Below are positions 48,364 to 59,838 of a stretch of 64,000 nucleotides of DNA, piece after piece. The position numbers and the translations under genes are program-made. How positions within the stretch are numbered: position 1 is the stretch's first letter; the number at the start of each line of letters is the position of its first letter. Source of the stretch: Ostrea edulis (taxonomy: Eukaryota). The notes beneath the pieces were generated by a model that searched no databases, was not told the DNA's origin, and was given only the letters and a program-made list of their open reading frames with translations. The stretch is from contig NC_079165.1 of assembly GCF_947568905.1 (NCBI RefSeq), positions 100,130,001 to 100,194,000 of the forward strand, written 5' to 3'.

Positions 48364-51300
48364 TCAGCAGATGGACTTTTTCTTTTTAGGTGCTTCCCCC
48401 TTCTTCTTTCCTACACCTTTTTTCTTGCCCTTTTTTTTCTTTGCTGCTGACCCAAGTTCTGCCAGACGGGCCTTCCTTTCTTCAGCAAGTTCCTGTCTGC
48501 GAATTATTTCATTGGCTTTGTCTGTGATAATAATGGTTCAAATATGAAATTGTAGCTCAACTAGTTTTAACTTGGAATATTTTAAGAAAATCAAAAGTTA
48601 GAATTACATTATTTCAAATGTTGACACATTAGAAACAAAGACCAGAAGAATAAAACTGACACATAATTTGTACATTCTCGTGAAAACTGGGGGAGAAAAA
48701 AATCTGATAATGAATGGCTTTTGAAATAATTCTAAATATTACTTTTTTAACAGTAGTCATGTTGATTATAGAAATGAAAAAAAGCCACAAAATTGTGTAT
48801 CTTTATGTAGTCATTATTTGTGTAAAACATCACTGAAAGCTGACAAAAACTGCAATGGTTATGTTACACATTCCATTCTTCAGGATGGATGCTTGTCATC
48901 AGTCTAACAATTTATGTATGTATTCTTTTAAGTTGTGAAACTTGTAGATCATGAAGCCATAATACTCTTTCTTACTTACAATGGTAACATTTAGTGCTAA
49001 GAGGGGACTATATTTTCAGTGGCATAAAAACAGTGTATACATGTACTTTTATTTCTTCATTTGAAAGTACTGACTTTTGTCTCCAGCAGAACAAAAGTAT
49101 GAGAATAAGTCATAACTGACAAAAGTAACAGACTGTAGTAAATCTGTGTAATATTTTGAACTTTACCCCTTCTGGAGCTATTTTAAATGCCCTACCCCTA
49201 TTCTAAAGGAAGAAAGTCATTTTCATTTTCTTGTATCATCTGATGAACCTACTTTCTTTTTAAGTTATTATGTACCTTATTACACCAGCATTATTATATA
49301 AAAACCTCCAAAAACTTAGTAGTAAAAGTACAGACAGAAATGATGATCAGTGTCCTAAATTTATTAGAGAAAATTATTCAATTTATATCTGCTGTAAGGG
49401 AAATTTTCAAAGTCCTTTGGTATGAAAGAGTTGTGACCTTGACATAAACACAAAAACTGTGACACCTACTTTTCTTGATGTCGAAAGACTATGCATTCTA
49501 CAGTCACATCCAAATATATAGGTATATCTCAAAACATCCAGTGAATGAGAACAATCCAGTCTTAAATGGCAACAGCAGCAATATTCTTTTTTTTTTATTC
49601 AAAATAAGAATTATATGTACATGCATCTCAATATGCCCAATAGTCTGTTTAGTCTTGCTAAAATTAGACCCAAAAAAACTATAGGCGAATTTGACATCAG
49701 GATACATATTAATTTTTTAACAAGAGTACCCTTATTGTTTGATAAAATTTATGTAATTGTATACAGCCTTCCCTTTTGCAAAGCCTTATTGAAATCTAAC
49801 ACAACTAAAGAGGGACAAGCAATTTTGAGAAATGGTGAACCAATGGACAGACAGACATCTTGCCATGGTTTAAGCTCTTCTGATTTTCGACAGAGGGCTT
49901 CCAGGTTTTGCTCAGATTTAAATATGTGTACCATGGCAAATGCATGAATGAAGAATATCGCTTTGATTAACTTACTTAAGTTTTTCTCTGCCAGCTTAAA
50001 CTGCTTGTACTCCACTGGAAGCCAGACTTTGGGATGACTCAACAAACTGGAAAGTTATAATTCAGAGATATACTGAAGAGAAGAGGACCTCAATTTTGAC
50101 AAAAGCACATGAATAAGAGAATCTGAAGAGAACAAACCTTGCTGAAGTTGATCTTGGCAATTTGTTTTCAATGTCATAGTACAAAGTTTTACCAGACGGA
50201 GGATAGAGAGCTCTAAAAAATCAGACAGTAAATTACAACTTGTAGTTTTAATGCAGTACTAATATTAAATCCCTGCTACATAAAATGTGTTACTGTACTT
50301 AAAATATTATTAAATTTTAGACAATTTCACCTTTGAAGAGTTTCTGGTCTGATGCACACATTAGCTGCAGCCAATCGCTGATGAATATGGTGAGCCTCGA
50401 TCTCATCTTCTGTGAAAATATCCTGCAAGCAACAAAAGGCTCATGGGTCACAATGCTAACTTAAGTTGTCTTGTTCCTACCAGGAAAATTAATGTGCATT
50501 AAATGAGAAGGCTTTATCTATACGTCAGTAATACAAACAAGAATCCCCTTTATCCAGGGCTGTGTAAAACCAAATTTGCTTGAATTTATCTTAGTAGTTT
50601 ATGGAGAAAATGCCCCCCCCCCCCCCCCCCCCAAATGTGAAAATTTTAACTGACATATAGACTGCGGACAAATTTTAATCAGAATTACCAGTAACCTCAT
50701 AAGCTTTATCACTCAAGATGAGCTTCCAAATGATATTAGTTAAGTTTACTTTAATTTTCTATTATTAGTATGTTTATCTCTGGAGCTGACATTTCATAAA
50801 GAAAAGGTGTATATGATTTTAGAATAGATTAAGAGATCCACATCGATAATTTTCTGTAATGGTTGGGTGACTTAATTTTTTACTAGTTCATGTTAAAGCC
50901 TCACATCATCTGGAATCTTGGAGTTGATGAAGCAAGGTTTTGTGTATCTGACTTTTGGCTCTAATGCAATTCTCCTGCCTGGGGCAGACTTCACACGACT
51001 CCGAGAATAAGAAGCATAGTGCTCTGAAATATAAATTACAATATTAGTTGATCCATGCATGGTGCCCAGCAGCTAAGCAGTGTAGTTATATCTACTATTT
51101 TTAATATTCTGATATAACCTGAAGATAATAATTCAATACTAAAATGGAATACAACTACTTTATTGAGGTTAAGTGCCCTGTACACAGAATTTTAAAATAA
51201 TATGAAATACATGTGAACTACAGTAATTTTTTACCAGCTACATGTATATAAATACACAAAAATTATATATTGAAATAATTGCTGAAAGGAAGATTCCCTA

Positions 51301-54300
51301 TAAGACTACTTGAGGTAAATATTGACATATATAACACAAATTCAGAAGAGTCCACATTACTGTTGGATTTGAAAATAATGTGGTCCCATTCAGAACTTAC
51401 TTGTGTTGTCCATGTGGTCCCATTCAGAACTTACTTGTGTTGTCCGAGAGCTTTGCATTAACCTGCGTTTCTGCCATTTTCAGTACAATTTTGTTGACTT
51501 TGTTTTCCTTTGAACTGACAAGAATTAAACAGGTTACTGTCATTCTATCTATGCCCCAATGTTTTACTTCAAATTATAATAAACACTTGCTATAACTATA
51601 GAAAAATAAATGTATGTATTTTAAGCATTAACATGTATGTACCATTGAAAGAAACATACCCAAGAGTAGGATTATATTTAAGCATTAACATGTATGTACC
51701 ATTGAAAGAAACATACCCAAGAGTAGGATTATATTTTCCACTGACTAGAGTTTCAATATCCTCATAAGTCTTCTTTGTCTGCAATATCATATAAAAATAA
51801 AGTGCATTGCTAGGATACATGATATGTCCATCTGATGCAGATCAATGTTTGCATGCTTAAAGTCACAAGCTGTGATACTTTCAATTGCAATTCCAAAATG
51901 AGGCCACAGTGACCTACTTTAAGAATGCAACTCCCCCCTTCAAAGATGCATCAACTGACCAAGTTTAAGTGTCCTAGGCTTTCTAGTGTAAAATACATAA
52001 TCCGGACATGATTAGTATATGCATAACAACAAAATTCCTAAAGGAGGACACAGTGACCGTTTGCAACACACCTTCCTCCTAAGATTCATAAACTGACCAA
52101 CATTGTTAGTCCTAGGCCTCATGGTATGAAAGATATGACATGGACAAGGAAAAGCTGACAGACAGGAAAGTCTACACCATAATATGGCCCATCAAAAGAC
52201 AGGCATACAATTACATGTTTATGAATACAATGTACTTTCAAAATAATTTTATCACAAATTGGTTATACTTTTCTGCCACAGATATATACATACATAACCA
52301 CTCTCCTATAGTGAATGCACAATCCATTGTTGATTAAAAGTTGAGATTTCTACAACATTCTGTAACTCGATCCATACCTTCCTGGGCGCTGACTTCTGCC
52401 TGACAGCTGACACGACTTTTCCTACGGCATCCTCTGCCTTCTCCTGTTCACATGCTGTTTCTCCAGTTTCTGTTTCTCCCTTCATCTTCCTCTCTTCAGT
52501 CTCCTCTGTTGTCTTGTTATCTGGTTCTCCTTGTGCCTGTAAACCGTCTTGTGGTTTAGATACAGGGGTGGCTGTATCATTCCTGCGTAGATGTTTGTTA
52601 ATGAGATTTTCTATCTCTTTTTCCCTTTCACTCAGTCCAGGATTTGCATTGTTTGAAAAATTTTCATTCTTTTTGACCATGTCATTTATTTTGCTGATAC
52701 TTTCTTCCCTGTTCAGAGACAATTCAGACTTCCGTTGACTTGTTGCAGAAAGAGGTCTTCTCAGCATCTGAATTCAAAAACCCATTGCATGTGACAATTT
52801 AGTACACAGCGTATGTTAATTTTCATGTCTTTGTTTCCAAACTATTAAATATATCACACCACCTCACCTTCTTTTCACCACTCTTTACTTTATCATCATT
52901 TTTTGTAAGAGTTCCTGTTTTACTTATGGAATGATTTAATTCATGACTAGATTTGCTCTTTTGGATCTAAAACAAAGAAAAAGATAAAAATAATTCCAAT
53001 GTTATTTGGAATTGCTTTGATTGGACAAAAATAAAGTTAAATGAGAATTTACACATTGATAAATGCAAAAACACTATGTATGCATACGCGCCTAAAAACA
53101 AATAACATAGTGCAGGGAAACTTCAAATTTTTTAAATTGATAATACAGGGAACAAATTGGAATTATAAGAATCAAACATTCTTTTTGAAGAATTTATGGA
53201 TGTGTAAACTCCAGACATTTTACCCACAAACTTAACATACAAGTGCTTCGCACATTTATTCAGTTTGTGGGTACAATTCCAGAGTGTACACTATATTCTT
53301 TAGTATGTTTCTTCATGATTTTCTGAAGAACTGTAAAATCTCAACCTAGGAATATAAATGAAGTGTGACATCATAAAGTCTTTTACATTTTATATACATG
53401 TACTAACCAATCACATGCAAAGAAATCTGAAAACTATAGGAGATTTACATGTAAATATATGTGTAAGAATTAAATTACATGTCATTAAAATTTGCAGATG
53501 ACAAATATTCCCCATGATGTTCCTTGCCTTAGTGTTTATAGTATGCAGATATATACACAAGCATATTTACAAACCATTTCACTCATTGGTCTGTTAACCA
53601 GCCTCTCTTTGGGAGTAACCTGTAGAGGTCGCTCACTGGATGGCCTGACCTTGACCCTGCTCTCCTCATCCAGCCCTACAAATCTTTCCCTGTCTCGACT
53701 CTTTAACAGTGTACTGTTATCAATCACATTCTTAATGGATGTTTCCTTCGGTTTATATTCATCAAATTCAATCGTTTTGGTTGTCTTGAACATATGGCTC
53801 GATGTTGGTGGGGAGGGGTCCCTGATATGATTCTGAACAGATGATGACCTTCGAGACAATTCATAGTAGTTCTTAGGAGGCTCGGATACACATTTGGTTG
53901 GCATCCAAGGCTCCAGTTTGTCAGGAGTTATTTCATCCACATGGTCAGTTTCTTGAATACTCTTCTCTTCTTCACTATCTGACAGAACTGCCTCCACCAT
54001 GGTGACAACATCTTTATCCGACCGCTTCTGTCTGGATTTGGATACTCTTTTGATATCATCCAGATCACTGTAAGCCACAGTGACTGTTGCCACTGGAGTG
54101 GAGGACTTGTTCACAGACTTTGGTCTCTCCTGATTCACTCTTTTCTCGCTCTCTGTTTCAGACACTGTCATTCTGTGCTTCAATGCAGAACAAGGAGACT
54201 TCGGTTTCTTAGAGATTGTGTAGCTTTGCTGACTAGATTTGAGTTCAACAGTATGCTTGGTATCATGGTTGACTTCAGACAAAGAGATGTGACTCCTCAG

Positions 54301-57300
54301 TGGGCCTGTACTTCGAACTGATAATAATGATTTCAGTTCATCTCCACTTTTCGGAGAGGTGTGCTTTTTCTTAGAATGTGTTTCCATGTCGGCCACTTTG
54401 TAGCCTAGGTTCCTGGGTGTGATATCAATGGTAATATTTTTATCCTCCCTGAATTTGACAGAGGCCTTTTCATTTGGTCCAATGAAAGGTGGATCTTCTT
54501 CATGGTGCAGATCTATCAATTCTTCAACCCAGTCATCTTCTTCTAGATCATCCTCATAATCATCATCAAGCAAATCGTCAAAATTATCTGGCACTGTATT
54601 GATGTGATTGGATAGCGAAGATGTGTCTGTTTTTTCTTCATGGATGCTGTACGTCTCTGCAACATTGTCTTGTCTGTTGACCTCCAAATGGCCATCAGTT
54701 GGTTTACTACTGGAGATGTGCGTATAATTAAACCCTGGTAAGTTTTCTGCAACAACTGGTGTAGGTGCATGCTGTTCTGCCTTGAAGAGAAGCCTGAAAT
54801 TTCAAATAGGACTGAAGTACAAGGAAGCCATACAGAATTGGAATGGTTAGTGCCTCACATTCTCAGGAGTATCTTCTCATTTCTTCATAAATATTCATTC
54901 ATTTAAAGGGGCATGGACACAATTTGAACTGAAAATTTTCAAATTTTATTTTCTCTTTTGTAATGTTTAAAATGCTTAAGTAAGGTATTTCTAATGGTCA
55001 GTAAAAATTTGGATATCAGTTGTTGAGTTACAAGTGATATACAGCACTCACAATTCTTTGTTATGTAAACAAGGCTCATGCCATGTTTTTGTTTACATCT
55101 AGATTGCTTTAAGGTAGATCAATCCTCATATGATGTCATAGGTTTTTGAAAAAATCTAAGATTATAAATTAACCTTTGCACATGATAGAAATATATTTTT
55201 CTAAGGAATTTTATTCACTGGATAAAATAAAAAATTTGGTAAACTATTTATTCTAATAAAGTTAATATTTTCTATAGATAATCATATTAGTTTTAATTTA
55301 AAAAAATGTTGTAAAGGGCAATAACTCCTATACTAGTATTTCCTCTACTGCATATCTGTTATACAATGGTCTCCTCTAATCTTTAAAAAGGTGGCGACTC
55401 GGACATATACATTTTCTTTGGTTAAATGAAATTACACTGAGTGGAAATTAATACAGTTTTTCCACTTTTAACCATTAATATTGATAAGTCACATGAGGAT
55501 GGAACTACCTTGATAGAAAATAATTGTGTTTAAAACAAAATGAGATGTGACAAAACACTAGAAACTGTTTAATTGTGTTCAGAATTGACACATAATTTGA
55601 AAAATCTGCTTTAAACAAAACATTTACTAGTATATTTAACCTATGTAAACAAAAACATGACACGAACCTTGTTTACAAAACAAAGAATAGTGAGCTCTGT
55701 ATCTCTCTTGTACATTGTAACTCAACAACTGACATTCTCAAATTTTTGCTGACCATTAGAAATATCTTAGCTAAGTAAACATCAAAAATGGAAAAAATAA
55801 AAAAATTTAATTTTTCAGTTCAAACTGTGTCTATGCCCTTTTAACATATTGATAAAGTGCACTGAATGTGACTTCTATCTAGTGAACAATATGAACAACA
55901 TAGAGGGGCCTCTCACCAGCCATACCTGTACATATAAATGTTAGATCTTGAACAGAATAAAGCAAAAACCTATATACCTTTCTGTGTCAAGGTCACTGTC
56001 TTCCTCATCATAATCATCCTCCATCCTAGGGAGGGAGAAGTGAATTGGCTCTGGGGAGGGTGGTTTGGGGGGTTCTGTAGTTCTGACCTCATTCTGGTCA
56101 ATGAGGTAGTCACCAACACTGGATGCTCCCAACTTTATTCTGATAATAGTGATATAGTTATTACAGAATCAATGGAATCATATGGGGTGGTAATTTATAC
56201 TAAATAAGAAAAGAAAGAATATGTCCGTACGCTTATAGAAATAACACCCATTTGGTATTGTCGATATTATTGATTCACGTAATTATCAGTATGATAAATC
56301 TCTGTTTACAGTATTAGGTGCACTTTATAATGAATAACCAAATCACTGACAAATAATTCGTTTTCATTGGTTTACATAATGAAATAGATGATTATCAATG
56401 CACATTTTCTCCCACTATAAAACTCTTTATAGATAAGAATCATTCTTGTTAAATGGTTTATTTGACACAAAATCATGGCATTTTTTTTATTATTAAGCAA
56501 TACATAAGCATTTGATATTTCACCTTTTTTTAACAGTAACTTACTCGGAGGGAATGGGCGTTCCTGAGGGTGCTGGTGGCGGAGATCCTCCACTAGATGT
56601 TGTGTCACATGGCAAGTCTGAAATTATCAGTTTGTTTCATAATTCTATGTCCTATCTTATAGTTAGGACTCATTATCAATGACCCATTCATATGGTGAGT
56701 CATCAGTTACTTGAGACCATTGGGATCTTACTTGTTAGTAGCCATCAGTTACTCGAGCCCTGCTTGATCCTAATTGTCAATAGTCATCGATAATTGAGAC
56801 CTGTTAGACCCTAATTGTCAATGGTCATCGATAATTGAGACCTGTTAGATCCTAATTGTCAATGGTCATCGATAATTGAGACCTGTTAGACCCTAATTGT
56901 CAATGGTCATCGATAATTGAGACCTGTTAGATCCTAATTGTCAATGGTCATCGATAATTGAGACCTGTTAGACCCTCATTGTCAATGGTCATCGATAATT
57001 GAGACCTGTTAGACCCTAATTGTCAATGGTCATCGATAATTGAGACCTGTTAGATCCTAATTGTCAATGGTCATCGATAATTGAGACCTGCTAGATCCTG
57101 GTACCTTGCCTATTAATAAGACATTGATTAACCTGAACCTTGTTGGTACCCTGCCTATTGATAAGACATTAATTAACCTGAGCCCTGCTGGTATCCTGCC
57201 TATTGATAAGACATTAATTATCCTGAACCTTGTTGGTACCCTGCCTATTAATAAGACATTAATTATCCTGAACCTTGCTGGTACCCTGCCTATTAATAAG

Positions 57301-58428
57301 ACATTGATTAACCTGAACCTTGTTGGTACCCTGTTTATTGATAAGACATTAATTAACCTGAACCTTGCTGGTACCCTGTCTATTAATTAGACATTAGTTA
57401 ACCTGAGACCTGCTAGTACCCTGTCTATTGATTAGACATTAGTTAACATGAGACCTGCTAGAATTCTACCTGTTGGTAAGTCATCAGCCATCTTGAGACC
57501 TGCTGGGGGTCCCACCCATCCAGTGGAGGTGTGCTGTACAAACTTTGGAGGTCTTCCTGCTGGATCCACTCGGGCACCTTTCACTTAAAATATAAAATTT
57601 TATTCACAAAGGTAACTGTACCGTTTAAGTGTGTGTCAGCATGAACATTCATAAACTATTCAGACATACGAAGAATACTATAGATTTATACATATTTAAC
57701 CACTTTCACATGAAAATAACAAGTGAAAACTTTTTAGAAAAAGTACCTCCAATACTGGGTGCCCTTGGCGGAAGCTGTGACCCTTTTGTACTTTGTGACT
57801 CTTTTGCACTTTGAGGTCGTAACTTTTTACCACTAGAAGGGCGAGTGCGCCTGGCTGAAGACTTATCATATGTTTGAGATCGAGCACTGTGCTGAGCCAG
57901 TAGGTCAGGAATTGATCCATTACTTCCCCTAGCAATCAAAATATCATTTCATGATAAAATATATGTAATCCATTTATACACAGACTTAAAAGATGATTCC
58001 CTAAAGACACTTTATATTTTGGTCACTAAAAGTCAAAGTGGGACTTGAATGATAGTGCTAAAATGATTTGGATAATTCTATCTTTTGAGCTCAGATATAC
58101 AAAGCACAAAATGAACCCAGGTACTTTAATGTATATGTATGTGGTAATCCATGAATTCATTTGATACTCTGTAGAAAACTTACCAGGCAATAGCATTCTT
58201 CTGAAGTGAAAGTGGTGGAGCATTTGGATCAGCTGCTAGATCTGTGAAACTTTGACTCCTCTGACCTCTGGAGGACAAGTTGGTGGCTTTAAGGTGTTGG
58301 GGATCATGAATTCCAACATTATATACAGAGGCCTTTATCTGGTCCAAATGCTGTAGAGAGCTATGGGCAGAGCTCAACCAGTTCTGTAAAAGTAAATGAT
58401 TTTCACTTTCTAAGGATGTTTTCTGCAT
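48364..58428 (-). CDS. Uncharacterised, largely disordered protein of about 1046 aa; 15 exons: 58184-58428, 57747-57928, 57470-57583, 56545-56617, 55978-56139, 53575-54793, 52868-52966, 52378-52767, 51717-51778, 51435-51514, 50905-51023, 50331-50422, 50138-50212, 49976-50046, 48364-48521
   Basis: All 14 introns are GT-AG with matching phases. Exon lengths sum to 3141 nt (1047 codons), with no internal stop seen. Ordered-looking segments are GARVDPAGRPPKFVQH and HHIHQRLAAANVCIRPETLQRALYPPSGKT, with a Lys-rich C-terminus ending KKKKSIC*. The start codon (58428) is tentative. Confidence 0.82.
50431..50725 (+). mobile_element. Degenerate pearl/CvA-like HINE remnant abutting a splice acceptor of the 15-exon gene
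   Basis: Starts AACAAAAGGCTCATGGGTCACAATGCTAAC and ends GACAAATTTTAATCAGAA...CTCAAGATGAGCT, resembling recalled oyster HINE termini. Confidence 0.5.
51378..51445. repeat. 34-bp tandem duplication spanning a splice donor
   Basis: ATGTGGTCCCATTCAGAACTTACTTGTGTTGTCC x2. Confidence 0.95.
51620..51733. repeat. 57-bp tandem duplication spanning a splice donor
   Basis: TTTAAGCATTAACATGTATGTACCATTGAAAGAAACATACCCAAGAGTAGGATTATA x2. Confidence 0.95.
51830..52212 (+). mobile_element. Degenerate interspersed repeat (HINE-like) in an intron
   Basis: Two diverged about 140-bp modules (GTGACC...CTGACCAA..GTCCTAGGC) followed by GACAGACAG and a CACCATAATATGGCCCATCAAAAGACAGGCATACAA hairpin-like end. Confidence 0.45.
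54907..55840. mobile_element. Complete non-autonomous DNA transposon with TIRs and TTAA TSD (Kolobok-like)
   Basis: TTAA|AGGGGCATGGACACAATTTGAACTGAAAATT ... AATTTTTCAGTTCAAACTGTGTCTATGCCCTT|TTAA. Confidence 0.8.
56690..57503. repeat. Compound minisatellite: nine 45-bp units (57099-57503), eight 41-bp units (56769-57098) and degenerate units beyond
   Basis: On the minus strand the units begin (G/A)CAGGTCTCA or variants; the first unit overlaps the 3' end of exon 57470-57583. Confidence 0.9.
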
Positions 58429-58630
58429 GAATACCACTGTGTATCCAAGTTTAGAGTTAAAGTCAATAAATATACCCCCAAAAATATGTACTACCTACTG
58501 ATAATCACCAAGTTTACATTCCACGATATAGAATGTCATAATTTATTATTACTACATATATTGCCATTTTTTCCAAATTCTATACCATGAAATTCAAAAG
58601 CATAATCTGAAACACTGCATTAAAAAAATC

Positions 58631-58745
58631 CAATCTAATTAAAATCAGATTCTCGATCCGCTCCTCTTTTTTTTCTTCTTGTCCTCGTGTAGCGACAAGA
58701 AAAAAAAAAGAGGAGCGGATCGAGGATCTGATTTTAATCAGATTG
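58631..58745. repeat. 115-bp near-perfect foldback (about 52-bp arms, 10-nt loop)
   Basis: CAATCTAATTAAAATCAGATTCTCGATCCGCTCCTCT(T)nCTTCTTGTC-CTCGTGTAGC-GACAAG(A)nGAGGAGCGGATCGAGGATCTGATTTTAATCAGATTG. Confidence 0.9.
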
Positions 58746-59497
58746 TAAAAAAATCTGTCCTACATTTTAACATGATGTAACACTGCAAACTTTCATCAGA
58801 GCTAAAAGTTCCAACATACTAAAAGTTTGTATATATCCACTGCACATTAAGTAACTTACATTACATTCACAAGTTCCCATGTAACACCAATTACATATAC
58901 TTACAACAGAACTTATCTGTAACTAGTATCTGTAACTACTAACTAAAGTAAGTTAATTACTGTAGCTTATCAAATATCCATCAATGCACAGGGCGCTGTA
59001 AACTAAATATAAGATCAGTAATCAGAACACCAAATGAAACAAATCACTCAAATTGCATATATTAATTATTTATAGCATATGCCTATCATATACATGTAGT
59101 ATGAAATACCACTCTACAGTGCTCCCTTGATATATTGCCCCCTGATGTAATGACACCCCCGTATACTGCCTGAAAATCCTAAAGAAAAGATTTCTCCACA
59201 TGTTAACACTCCCGTTATAATGCCAAGCCCGCATACTGCCATAATACCACTAATATTTCACAAACAAATGGTCAAATTTTATAGGGTTTATCCTGCCGGA
59301 TAATTATAAATGCTAATAACCTAACATCCATCGGTAATCACACCTGTAATTTGAGAGCAGTGTGGTAAAGTGTGATGGGTTAGACAAGGTATTCAGGTGG
59401 TCAGAAATCAGGTTAAAATACAGATCTCTCAAATAGTGCACAGCGTAGATATGTTTATACAGAATCATCATCATCCATTTTGATTTTCCAGGCCAAA

Positions 59498-59838
59498 TTA
59501 ATCCTTTTGCAAGGGTGAGGCCTGGCTGTCCTGTAGAGGTCGAAGTTTGTTTTTCCATACTTGGCAATCCAGTAGATTGATCCTATCCAATCCTGTAGAC
59601 TCTAAGTCTCGTTTTCCTAACTCATCCCATGTCAGCTTTGGTCTACTGGAGCTCGATATCCAGTAACATTCAATGTACGAACCTGTGATATCCAACTTGT
59701 ACTACGCTCTACCTGGCCTAGCCATCTCAGCCTATATATCTGGATAACATCAGTAATGTTTCTGATGTCAAGCTGAGTAATAAGAGACTCATAGGAGACA
59801 TTCACTTCAGGATTGAGAAGGCAGATCCATCTTATCAT
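59498..59838 (-). pseudogene. 3' fragment of an RTE-clade LINE ORF
   Basis: MIRWIC..L..QLDIRNITDVIQIYRLRWLGQVER...RPKLTWDELGKRDLESTGL matches the RLRW.GHV.R and GRP..TW pattern of RTE C-termini. Confidence 0.75.

Noticed and set aside
48364-48375. C-terminal prenylation signal in the 15-exon gene product
   Set aside because: The Cys is the last residue (KSIC*), which is not a CaaX, CC or CxC motif.
57106-57390. Plus-strand ORF with 15-aa repeats (PINKTLINLNLVGTL)
   Set aside because: It is a translation of the intronic 45-bp minisatellite, antisense to the host gene.
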